IMG/VR virus record: IMGVR_UViG_3300003873_000010
Span: 1 to 54,966 of that record
Source of the DNA: a virus
Taxonomy: Duplodnaviria > Caudoviricetes
DNA length: 54,966 nt
Strand: one strand, 5' to 3'
The notes beneath the pieces were generated by a model. That model saw nothing but the letters and a program-made list of their open reading frames with translations, had not been told where the DNA came from and did not search any database. The position numbers and the translations under genes are program-made. Of this stretch, positions 18,001-26,452 are shown one piece after another (positions within the stretch are counted from its first letter, which is position 1; each line of letters begins with the position of its first letter).

Positions 18001-18459
18001 TACGACATAGTGGACACCCCTCTCATACGCATATTGGCCCCGGTGTTGGACACATACACCAACGGGGGTGGCTACGATGTCAAAATCCGCACGATAGAAG
18101 ACTATAGGCAAATACACACATTCTCTGAGTTCATGCGGTACTACAAAGACCACGCCGCGCCCCCCGACGCTACACCAACGGCCCCTACCGCATCAGACGC
18201 GGTAACATGGGTGACCGGTGGGGCACACCAAACCATCACTCAGGATGACAAGACATACATCAACGGGGGCGACACCCCTGCTAGAATATACGCCGACATA
18301 GCGAAGCCCGGATACTACACAACCTATGAGTTCAGGGTGAATACAGTGTCGGTGAATGGTGGCACATACAGACACTTGTATGTACCACCAGCGCTGAAGC
18401 GCCTAGTTTTCTGCCAGACATACGGGACTTTATATGACCCTTTTAGGACTTTAAAATGA
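15013..18459 (+). CDS. Large hypothetical virion protein (1148 aa)
   Basis: Long ORF in the structural operon; no recognised motif. Confidence 0.7.
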   Translation: MDTRPYRVAVEGGGTITPHLKTIVHKVRKLISRHPRHNVCDTLHTLVDGHHVTVRRGGLIDNIYILYTSHHTHAEEEFLQGWFYGVCTTSEILGGYRNDITLLDNSSYLNAHTDAATQGLYATAVAIMLGNLPYPRHSINVSGPVPNSTVVRWGRGGVFSFVAQGFASLCTDASSQVVDRALFVRAFKSNAAHAFVGNEIPPSLTSYQIGLLEQTAFDATIEYLRKHKQAAAAEVVVASLTNPDVHSVYGYAGLKKAMPNVWYGLECAPASLLDENGMFVYMDKMPVSMYLATYANVIGYTTHADSVKVGAMADLASLKPQSNPPAQNGRNSDPGLAVYRIVKRDKVGKSTTVRVAVSFVPAYAYDAHRTPAYASLQTLAAIVAIQLPRYLLELTIDPILRLNKQYPTSIEFVNTHTVRDMSPSTTISNPMMAFYRAMVDHVNDMPWSEYIDRRYPLLRLEFSYGVDPDATGLYVNSFYGLIRASFTADAEYYSPPYRGGYIPIDYNALADIGGSWMAPVARGPEPDKWASADDVRATMAVTKCTLEYKKSELVGIKDITLSCVGAIGLFSTGRGGRMMDEYNTRSLNTDTCVSALTPLSATEGQSNTKATLLNVSGNLLTFDESATQTVPYYNRRLYRNILTNEIVDTSDTAIRNASSTLLRVKHGTVRSGLDAQYQFRLRHKTLLGSDPRLTPIDHRTQLTLSGEDVFNADVTHELGQLSLASSEDSVFVAELTCDVSSDGLAVTGATIHHAPHRPLTASMPAFVGVRTKLSHTRTRRSSDLKAHPTARDFFRIGYSYTSEVKLSNSVSGSSLRAAPGGWTASNGSPYVAFTSVFSGFEPCSTPSTPLKATHVGDTHTVSHVLRTDATLSIELGPPDVLQPEVTSISYRAVGKEKRGTGHIDDAGPRLSRETGVSVIDMLYRLSTPLIFALPSAETAYLDGLILHVDSADDAAKLTERMLRRVRNLATDEPLSSNDAYIVAHTKRGFVDGTFKPYDIVDTPLIRILAPVLDTYTNGGGYDVKIRTIEDYRQIHTFSEFMRYYKDHAAPPDATPTAPTASDAVTWVTGGAHQTITQDDKTYINGGDTPARIYADIAKPGYYTTYEFRVNTVSVNGGTYRHLYVPPALKRLVFCQTYGTLYDPFRTLK

Positions 18460-19367
18460 ACCGATATGCACTGTTTAATATAGGGGTGTTCCTCTCCGAT
18501 ACAGACGTGGACTTGATGGGGCTTACTGACCCTGAGGGCTCTACCAGCAAGCTGTTTGGCGGGCTTGGGATTGACGATGTGTCTAAGGTAGACACATCGA
18601 AGTGGGTTGAAGATGGGACCGGCCGCTCTGGTGGCGACATCCCTACCCCATACGCCACGCTCGCCGGGGCCTCAGCGGGTAGTTTTTTTGTGCCGGGGTC
18701 TGCGGTTCGGGCGACCTACATAGCTGGTGCCGTTGTACAGGACGGGCGTTCTCGCATCGACACGGATTTCCGTGCCACCCACGACTTCGAGGCTCTGGGG
18801 CTCGGCCCGTACGATGCGGTCGAGATGGGCCCCAACACGGACGGCAACCACATGCGTAGTAATGGGTCCGCGACGGCAGAAGGTACATTGTCCTCCACGA
18901 CGTCTGGGGGGCACGAGCGTGTAATCCTAGATGTCACAGCGTTTCAGTGCTCTCTCGGAGGCCAAACTCGAACTATGGTGGTGCGAGGTCGGGCGATTAA
19001 TAATAATATTGACCGTACGGAGGTGGACACGGGGACTGGGCTCTCGCCCTACAAGCACTTTCGTGTGGGGTTGACACTCCAGCTGCAGATGGCCGATGGT
19101 AACGTGACCGTTGATGTTCCTATGTGGGATGTACTCTTAGTCTCGAAACTGCACGCTGACCGGAATAACGTTCCTGTAGAGCGTAGTGATGTTATAATGG
19201 TGGGGGAGGATGAGTACCTAGTGGCGAAAGATAACACGAAGCGTATGATAGACCGTGTTGCTAGCTCGATAGAGGTGCATGCTAGTGCATGGGACTCTCC
19301 AGTGGTCCTCGATGCGTGGCCCATCCATGAGGTATACTCGATTGCAACTTATATAGGATACTTATAA
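18456..19367 (+). CDS. Hypothetical virion protein
   Basis: AGGA RBS, ATGA coupling. Confidence 0.7.
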   Translation: MNRYALFNIGVFLSDTDVDLMGLTDPEGSTSKLFGGLGIDDVSKVDTSKWVEDGTGRSGGDIPTPYATLAGASAGSFFVPGSAVRATYIAGAVVQDGRSRIDTDFRATHDFEALGLGPYDAVEMGPNTDGNHMRSNGSATAEGTLSSTTSGGHERVILDVTAFQCSLGGQTRTMVVRGRAINNNIDRTEVDTGTGLSPYKHFRVGLTLQLQMADGNVTVDVPMWDVLLVSKLHADRNNVPVERSDVIMVGEDEYLVAKDNTKRMIDRVASSIEVHASAWDSPVVLDAWPIHEVYSIATYIGYL

Positions 19368-21286
19368 TGTCGAATGATACGCTAACCATAGTAGAGTCCG
19401 GCGGGCTGATACGGACCATACTCGAGGACGTAACAGATAGTGCTACAATGTCCGGCTCCACAGCTGTTTACGCCTCCCAGAGCGTTACCGACACGGCCAC
19501 AATATCGGGGCAGTGGGGCGTTATGGGTGTCGCATACGTAACTGAGACCGCCACCCTCAGCGGGGCACTATCTCTTGGCGCGTTCACGCACAACATCGCG
19601 GACACTGCGAGTATCACCGACAGTTACGTACACACCCAGCAGATACCCGCGCTGGTGGATAATCTCACTGCTTCGGATGTTGTAGGCCCAGCATATTCAG
19701 CCTATGTGGTAGCCACAGTCACTGCGTCGGCCACTACAACGTCTAGTATGTATCTCCTCGCTACAGGGGTGGCGGTTGCGACCTCTACGCTTTCGGTCTC
19801 TCCAGTGCATACCCGCGCAGATGTGAGCAGTGTCTCCACTGCATCGGACGGGGTCGGCGTAAAGAACTTCGGCACTATAAATGACAGTGCATCTATACAG
19901 GCACAGATATATAAGGGCGTCACCATCGACACACAGGAGCAGGCTAGTACCTTTGATGCGGCCTCCATATATCACGTTGCCGATATAACTTCTTCGTCTC
20001 GTTTAGTTTCTGGGTTTGTGTCGGACTCTGTGGCCTTACTGACTTCTTCAGCTACAGTCAGCGACGTGTACAACGGAGGCACGTATGTTACGGAGGTAGA
20101 TTGGTGCCGTCTGGAGGATGTCGTCGAACGTACAGCCGCCGTACATCTTGAGTTAGTGTCCTCTGCAACCGCAGCATCTAGCACCTATAGGTATAGGGGT
20201 GTTCTGGTAACTGATGTGGCTCACATGTCGAGCATCGGGTACAGTGTTTGGAACGCCGTCGAGGACCTCAGCTCTACGGCCAGCAGCTTCGCATCCTCAG
20301 GTACGATATCACACAGTAAGATGGTCGCTACATCGGTGTCAACCGCGAAGGGCGAAGCTACAGGCGACGGGTATTACAAGCTTGTTTCGACAGCAACCGC
20401 CGCCGCAACCGCCCTCGCCGCCCCCGCAGTATCTTGCATAGACCGACTATACGGACGAAGTGGCGTCTATGGCGGAGTGTCACTCGCAGTCGCTAACGCA
20501 GCCGTGGCCAGAGACAGTTTGAGTACAGGGTCATACAGCGTCATGTCCGATATGGCGCACATGAGCGATAATACTGCGGTGCATAGCCGTACGACTTCAG
20601 ACTTTGCAGACGTACTCGGACTTAGCGTGCACGCTATCGGAGTCGCCTCGAGCAGGGCCACTGTTTTAGATACGTTGCGCATGCAGTCCGCCTATGGTGT
20701 AGGGTCCCTCGTGCTCAGGGACGCACAGTCGACAGCCACTGCGAATTCCGAGTGTGTGTCCAACATGTATGCAGAGCTGTTATCTAAGGCCCTCGCGAGC
20801 ACTACAACACAGACGAATACGAGTACTACTCCAACCACCACCAGTCGTGCGAGCGCATACACCACCATGCGGATTACAATCCCAGTGCAGGTACAATCCA
20901 GCATGATGCACACCGATACGGTGGGGTGTCGCGCCCACGTACCGACATTGCACATCGACACCTGCGACATTACAGACACAAGTGCTACATCTGCGCGCTC
21001 GCATATCACAGTAGGGGACAGCTGGAGGGTTACCGCACAGGTCCACAGCATGAGCAGCGTAGTCCTCAGTGATAGTGCAACAGCATCCACAGGTTTATAC
21101 ATGTCGTCCGCACTTACCGTCAACGATGTCGGACACATGCAGGGGGTGGGAACTCTGAAGGCGACCAGCTTCGCCACAGGATACAGTCAGGCGTCCGCCT
21201 TAGACATGGCGAAAGGCGTCGAAACAGTAGTGGTCAATTCAAGCTGCTACGTAACAGAACGTGTAGCGTTAGGAGTTAGCACATGA
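19367..21286 (+). CDS. Ser/Thr/Ala-rich repetitive fibre-like protein
   Basis: Recurring (L/V/I)x(D/S)xAxxS(D) motif through 639 aa. Confidence 0.65.
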   Translation: MSNDTLTIVESGGLIRTILEDVTDSATMSGSTAVYASQSVTDTATISGQWGVMGVAYVTETATLSGALSLGAFTHNIADTASITDSYVHTQQIPALVDNLTASDVVGPAYSAYVVATVTASATTTSSMYLLATGVAVATSTLSVSPVHTRADVSSVSTASDGVGVKNFGTINDSASIQAQIYKGVTIDTQEQASTFDAASIYHVADITSSSRLVSGFVSDSVALLTSSATVSDVYNGGTYVTEVDWCRLEDVVERTAAVHLELVSSATAASSTYRYRGVLVTDVAHMSSIGYSVWNAVEDLSSTASSFASSGTISHSKMVATSVSTAKGEATGDGYYKLVSTATAAATALAAPAVSCIDRLYGRSGVYGGVSLAVANAAVARDSLSTGSYSVMSDMAHMSDNTAVHSRTTSDFADVLGLSVHAIGVASSRATVLDTLRMQSAYGVGSLVLRDAQSTATANSECVSNMYAELLSKALASTTTQTNTSTTPTTTSRASAYTTMRITIPVQVQSSMMHTDTVGCRAHVPTLHIDTCDITDTSATSARSHITVGDSWRVTAQVHSMSSVVLSDSATASTGLYMSSALTVNDVGHMQGVGTLKATSFATGYSQASALDMAKGVETVVVNSSCYVTERVALGVST

Positions 21287-21849
21287 TTGCAGATACTTTA
21301 CATGCATCCGCAACGGTCGAGGCTACAACCCGAGCCGTGCAGGATGTAACAGGACAAGGTGTTCCTACGGGTGAAGCCTCTAACAACGTGAAAGCGAGTA
21401 TGCTTGCGCGGTCCTCCCGCGTTGGTATTGGGTATACAGCCTCCGCCAACCACTCCGTGGCCAACACCGGATATGTATTACAGCCTAACGGTGCAGTATC
21501 TCGCTTCGCAGGAGGCGCGGTGTTCCAGTTTGTACCCCTGCGAAGCGGTACCATAGCCGTTTCCCCGTCTACTATTATGTCGATGGATGGCCGCGCCTAC
21601 GGCAGGATAGAGTATGACCTGAACTCCGCAGGTATGCGGTTCACCCCACAGAAACTCATGCTGCACACAGACGCACGCGTGCGTCTCCAAGTGTCGGGGG
21701 TGGCCTACAGTGGTCGTCGTGTTGTACAAATAGGGCGCGGGGTAGTGTTCGCCACGGGTACTTTTGTGGTAGAATTCAGGTCAACAAGTGAATATTACGG
21801 GTGTACCCTATTCGTTAGCGGTACACAAAGAGGGTGGAGACGGCGATGA
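21283..21849 (+). CDS. Hypothetical virion protein
   Basis: AGGAG RBS, coupled on both sides. Confidence 0.65.
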   Translation: MIADTLHASATVEATTRAVQDVTGQGVPTGEASNNVKASMLARSSRVGIGYTASANHSVANTGYVLQPNGAVSRFAGGAVFQFVPLRSGTIAVSPSTIMSMDGRAYGRIEYDLNSAGMRFTPQKLMLHTDARVRLQVSGVAYSGRRVVQIGRGVVFATGTFVVEFRSTSEYYGCTLFVSGTQRGWRRR

Positions 21850-24800
21850 GTAGTTCGGTACGTAGTAAATATAATGACGATAAACAGTGGGTCACAAGTA
21901 GACTATCAGACGCACAGAAGTCTTTAGATGGGTTGCTTGGCTCGTTCTCAAAGTCTATAAATGACCTATCCCGTCAGTATGGCGGGGTGTCTAATTCGGT
22001 CGCATCCGCGCTTAACAACATGGCCAAATCAGTCCAGTCGACTGTAGGGAACCTCGGGAGGGGCACATCTTCCGCCGTCAAACCCCCAGCGCCCACTCTG
22101 CACGCCCCCTTGCAACCGCCAACTGTACGCGCATATCAGTATACTGCGCAGTCTATCTCTCCGTTGGACGCCAGTCGTGTAGGCACACACATACGCAATG
22201 TGGGGCCGTTCGATACGCCCGCCCCTACGATGGGCTCTATACCTGCGGTTGATAGTAATATACCTAGCATCCAGTTCGGCACTACACCCTCAGCGAAGCC
22301 TTTACAGACGTCCGCATACACTCCGGGCACATTGGACTATAAGGCTCCTAACGCTCCGTCGTTCGGACCCACCCCCAGCGCGCAGTTAGATGGCGACGTC
22401 ACAAAAGGGATGGACTCTGTTGGAGTCCCGACACTTGCCGACTATACCACAGAGGTGCCAGCGGCTGCCCCGGGGCCGTTGGTCGGTAGCACCGCGATAC
22501 AGGTTGACTCCTTGGCGACACTAAACGCTCCGTCGTTCGGGCAAGCTCCCGCGAAGCACGCCACGACTGCTCCCGGCTTCTTGGCGGTGCCTGATGTCGC
22601 TATCAGCGATGTGCCCCAGTCGTTACTGGACACCTCTGGCACGAACAACCTACTTAGTACGGCCCAGACAATAGCAGGTAAAGTGAAGACAGATTTTGGT
22701 GCTGCACCTACCGCGGGTACGGTCTCTGAGACTCTACAGACTGCGACTGCGCTTGACACGACTGCGTTGGATAACATCTCCGCCAAAGTAGACGACTTAT
22801 TGAAACTCACGAACGCCCCGCCGACCGTAGGGTCTGCGTATGTTACAGCAGGCGCGGCACCTGTTGCGAGCGCGACCGGTATGGCCGCTGGAACTGCCCC
22901 GGCAGTAGATGCGACCACACCTACAGTTGACACTGCACCGACAGCGACGGCACAAGGGGCAACACTTGGGGATGCGCCTACGCTCAGCGCTACTGCACCT
23001 ACTATTAGCAGTTCGCCAACCGTGACCACCCCCGACCTGACTGTACCCGAGGCCCCCGCGCTATCAACTGGGACCTTGACACTGGACAGCGTCCCCACAA
23101 TCGCGGACCGTGCATTGCCCACGGCGCCTACTCTCGCAAACCTCGTCAGCCCTACAATAAACGCGCCTAGCACGCCTACATCACCTACCCTGACGCAGTA
23201 TGCTGCGCCATCCGCTCCGACCTTAGATTGGGGCGTTACGGTGGCCGCGGCTCCGGCTGTATCTCTGCCCACATTCCCACAGTTACAAGATGTAACTATG
23301 CCACAACCCCTGCAGGTGAACATAGACACGATGACCGAGGTGTTTGATTGGCAGGATATCTCCCTAACAGCCCCCGCATACACGTTCGCACCAGAGAAGT
23401 ACATATCGAGTTTAGACGCCGTGATGAAAGGGACAGCGGACGAGATACAAACCTTTGAGGAGGTGTCTGCCAAAGTGCGTGGGGTTCTGTATAAATTCCC
23501 AACGGTCGCAATCGACAACGATACCGCTGAGGCCGTCAACACTGCCCGGGCCGACTACTCGTTTGGTGGGTTCACACGGCCTACGTCCCTGATGGACGCC
23601 CGCATTGCGAAGATACGACGCGACGGTGACAAGCGCAAAGCAGAAGTGTACGCGAAACTCTCAGAGAGCATCGTGCAGCACACACTGCAGTACCGCTCTG
23701 AGGTGCGGGCTTCGTACCAGAAACTACAAGAATTAAGTTACCAATCGTTCAAAGACTACCACGTCATGCTGAAAGAAATCGCAGACACTACCTACGCTAC
23801 GGCGGTGGACCTCCTTAAGGTGCAGGTTGAAGTCGTGAAAGCGAAAGCTGCGTGGTTCAACGCCCACGTAGAGAAGTATAGAATATCTATGACCAGAGCA
23901 GCGGTAGAGGTGGATGCGTACAAGGCGCGTGTCACAGGCCTGCAGGTCGTAGGAGCGCTGAACGAGACCAAAGCTCGTATATACGAGGCCCAGCTCAAAG
24001 GCAGTCTAGCCGTGCTCGACCAGTACAAGCAACAGTTGGAGGCGGACAAACTCAAAATAGAGTTGAACAGTGCGCAAGTAAAAGCCTACGGGGAACAGGT
24101 GTCCGCTTACGGTGAACTCAACCGTGCCGAGGGTGTGAAAGCCCAGATTTACGAAGCCCAGATTAAGGCCTATATCGGAGCGTGGGACGGAGAGCGTGCC
24201 AAGTTGGATGTGTACAAGTCCCAGATGGCTGCTGAGAAGTTGAAAGCGGATGTGTATGAGAGTGGTGTCCGAGCCGTCTCTACCGCCGTTACCGCAGATG
24301 TGGAGAAAGTCAAGGCCGTTGTGAGCCACAACCAAGGACTCATCGACGCGTTCAAGGCCCACATAGCGGAGGACAGTGCGAAGCTGAAAGCATACGAGGT
24401 GACAACGCAGGGTACAATCGACGCATACAAAGCCCGTCTATCCGGAGATGATATGCGTATCAAGGCCTACGACGCCGAGGTGCGTGGCAAATCTGAGATT
24501 TACAAAGCCACCATCTCAGGGTACGAAGCGGCCATGCGAGGGTATGAGGCCTACACTCATGCGCAGGCAGAGGGCGTCAAGTCTAGCATCGCCATTGACG
24601 ACTTGGGGTTACGTCGATACGAAGCGATTAACACCGCAAAACTTAATGCAGCGAAGTTCGACCTTGCGAGAGCGGAGGCGAAACTACACGCATACGAAGT
24701 CCAACAGCACGCTTCGTACGAAGTGTTCAAGTCCAAGCTTGACGTCGACGACCTCAAGATGCGTCTGTACCGCACCACCGTGGAGGCCAAGGTGGACGCG

Positions 24801-26444
24801 TTCAAAACGCGCCAAGCGGTAGACGAGATGAACGTCAAGCTATACGACGCGCAGTCTACGGTCGTCGCCCGTGGTATTGACAGTGCGAGTCGTGGTGCAG
24901 CCGTTGCGGTTGACATCGCACGTGTGAACGAGAGCGCAGTTACAGGCCACAACCAGTTCGTTATCGACAGATACAAAACAAACACAGAACAGTTCCAAGC
25001 CGATATCGAGGCGTACAAAGCCTCTATCGCGGTAGCAAGTCAGCTGGCAAGTGCCGCGGGGTCGATTGGCTCTGCAGCCGGCTCTGTTGCTAGCTCACAG
25101 GCGGACGCCATCCGAGGGTTCGTCGCTTCACAAGGGGCAAAAGTTGACAAAGTAAAAGCCATCGCAGAGGTGAACCGAGCGAAAGCCGAAGTATATCGCG
25201 CGGATGTGCAAGCTTACACGGCAGAAGTGGATGCGTATCGTGCTACGGTGGGCGGGGAGCAGAGCAAGATGACTGCATGGGCAGCATATTACAATGCCGC
25301 ATCAAGCCGGGCCACCGCGCAAGCTACAGGAGCGACAGCAGCCTCGGACGCATATCGGGCACATGCCAACTCCTACATCGCGCAGGCCTCGGCTTACTCC
25401 GCTCAGAACTCCGCCGCTGCATCTCGTTATGACACGATGCGAGCCTTGGAGAGCGTTAAGTCTGCAACCATAGACGCTAAAGCGAGAGTAGCTACCGCGA
25501 ACGCGCAGGTGCAAGCGGCGTTCGCAGATGTGCAGAAGTCTAAGGCGTACGTGGAGCAGGCAAAAGCAGATGTGTATACAAACAATGTGAAAGCGTCTCA
25601 AGCATATGTGGCGGCCCAGAGTACCGTAGAGCAGGCACGGGCTGATGTCGCTATTGACAACGCCAAAATCATACAGATTGAGGGCGAGATAAACAAAGCC
25701 CAGTTCCAGTCGTACGCCGCATCGGTCGACGCCCAAGCTCGCAAAGTCGCAGCGTACGGCGAAGTAGCACGTGCACAAGCCACCGCTGCGCAAGCGGCCA
25801 GTGAAGCGAACAAAGCGAAGTCTGTAGCGTTCAGTGCGCAGGCGGACGCATACAGGGCCAAAGTCCAAGCGGCTATGGCGGCAGAGCAGGGAGAAGCTGC
25901 GTATGTCAGCGCCCAAGGCGATAGAGCGCGGGCCCAGATGGCCAGCGTCGAGGCCGAGGGACAGCGACTCCGTGCACAAGGGCAGGCGGACGCAGCCCAC
26001 GCATCGAGTATTGGCGCGTACAACCAAGCGATTGGCCAGCAGAACGCCACAGAGGCCGACAAGCTCCGTGCATGGGCCTCGTATAACCAAGCCCTCGGAG
26101 CGTACGATACCGCGAAAGGTAAGATAGAAGCCTACCAAGCTCAAGCTGCGGTGGAGGCTGCGCGAGCAGGGATGGATAAAGCCCTCGTCGCTGCGCAGAG
26201 TACCCTTGGAAACATCGATAAGCAGATGAACTGGGTGTCCACTTCGGTCTCGGCGAGAGCCAGAGCGCAAGAAAGTATTATCGCTGGTATATCGTCCGCG
26301 GTTAATTTCTCGACAAGTTTATCGTATAATGAGTCCATGTCTGAGCAGTACCAGAAGTCAATCGGTCAAACTCAGTCAATTTACTCGCAGGCCGAAGGCG
26401 CGGGGTACGCCCCCAACGCGTCTTGGAACGCCGTTTTACCGTAG
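21846..26444 (+). CDS. 1532-aa fibrous virion protein: Pro/Thr-rich arm then Ala/Tyr-rich helical arm
   Basis: GGAG RBS. 13-aa and 25-aa repeat blocks (see findings). Confidence 0.8.
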   Translation: MSSSVRSKYNDDKQWVTSRLSDAQKSLDGLLGSFSKSINDLSRQYGGVSNSVASALNNMAKSVQSTVGNLGRGTSSAVKPPAPTLHAPLQPPTVRAYQYTAQSISPLDASRVGTHIRNVGPFDTPAPTMGSIPAVDSNIPSIQFGTTPSAKPLQTSAYTPGTLDYKAPNAPSFGPTPSAQLDGDVTKGMDSVGVPTLADYTTEVPAAAPGPLVGSTAIQVDSLATLNAPSFGQAPAKHATTAPGFLAVPDVAISDVPQSLLDTSGTNNLLSTAQTIAGKVKTDFGAAPTAGTVSETLQTATALDTTALDNISAKVDDLLKLTNAPPTVGSAYVTAGAAPVASATGMAAGTAPAVDATTPTVDTAPTATAQGATLGDAPTLSATAPTISSSPTVTTPDLTVPEAPALSTGTLTLDSVPTIADRALPTAPTLANLVSPTINAPSTPTSPTLTQYAAPSAPTLDWGVTVAAAPAVSLPTFPQLQDVTMPQPLQVNIDTMTEVFDWQDISLTAPAYTFAPEKYISSLDAVMKGTADEIQTFEEVSAKVRGVLYKFPTVAIDNDTAEAVNTARADYSFGGFTRPTSLMDARIAKIRRDGDKRKAEVYAKLSESIVQHTLQYRSEVRASYQKLQELSYQSFKDYHVMLKEIADTTYATAVDLLKVQVEVVKAKAAWFNAHVEKYRISMTRAAVEVDAYKARVTGLQVVGALNETKARIYEAQLKGSLAVLDQYKQQLEADKLKIELNSAQVKAYGEQVSAYGELNRAEGVKAQIYEAQIKAYIGAWDGERAKLDVYKSQMAAEKLKADVYESGVRAVSTAVTADVEKVKAVVSHNQGLIDAFKAHIAEDSAKLKAYEVTTQGTIDAYKARLSGDDMRIKAYDAEVRGKSEIYKATISGYEAAMRGYEAYTHAQAEGVKSSIAIDDLGLRRYEAINTAKLNAAKFDLARAEAKLHAYEVQQHASYEVFKSKLDVDDLKMRLYRTTVEAKVDAFKTRQAVDEMNVKLYDAQSTVVARGIDSASRGAAVAVDIARVNESAVTGHNQFVIDRYKTNTEQFQADIEAYKASIAVASQLASAAGSIGSAAGSVASSQADAIRGFVASQGAKVDKVKAIAEVNRAKAEVYRADVQAYTAEVDAYRATVGGEQSKMTAWAAYYNAASSRATAQATGATAASDAYRAHANSYIAQASAYSAQNSAAASRYDTMRALESVKSATIDAKARVATANAQVQAAFADVQKSKAYVEQAKADVYTNNVKASQAYVAAQSTVEQARADVAIDNAKIIQIEGEINKAQFQSYAASVDAQARKVAAYGEVARAQATAAQAASEANKAKSVAFSAQADAYRAKVQAAMAAEQGEAAYVSAQGDRARAQMASVEAEGQRLRAQGQADAAHASSIGAYNQAIGQQNATEADKLRAWASYNQALGAYDTAKGKIEAYQAQAAVEAARAGMDKALVAAQSTLGNIDKQMNWVSTSVSARARAQESIIAGISSAVNFSTSLSYNESMSEQYQKSIGQTQSIYSQAEGAGYAPNASWNAVLP

Positions 26445-26452
26445 GATGAGAT

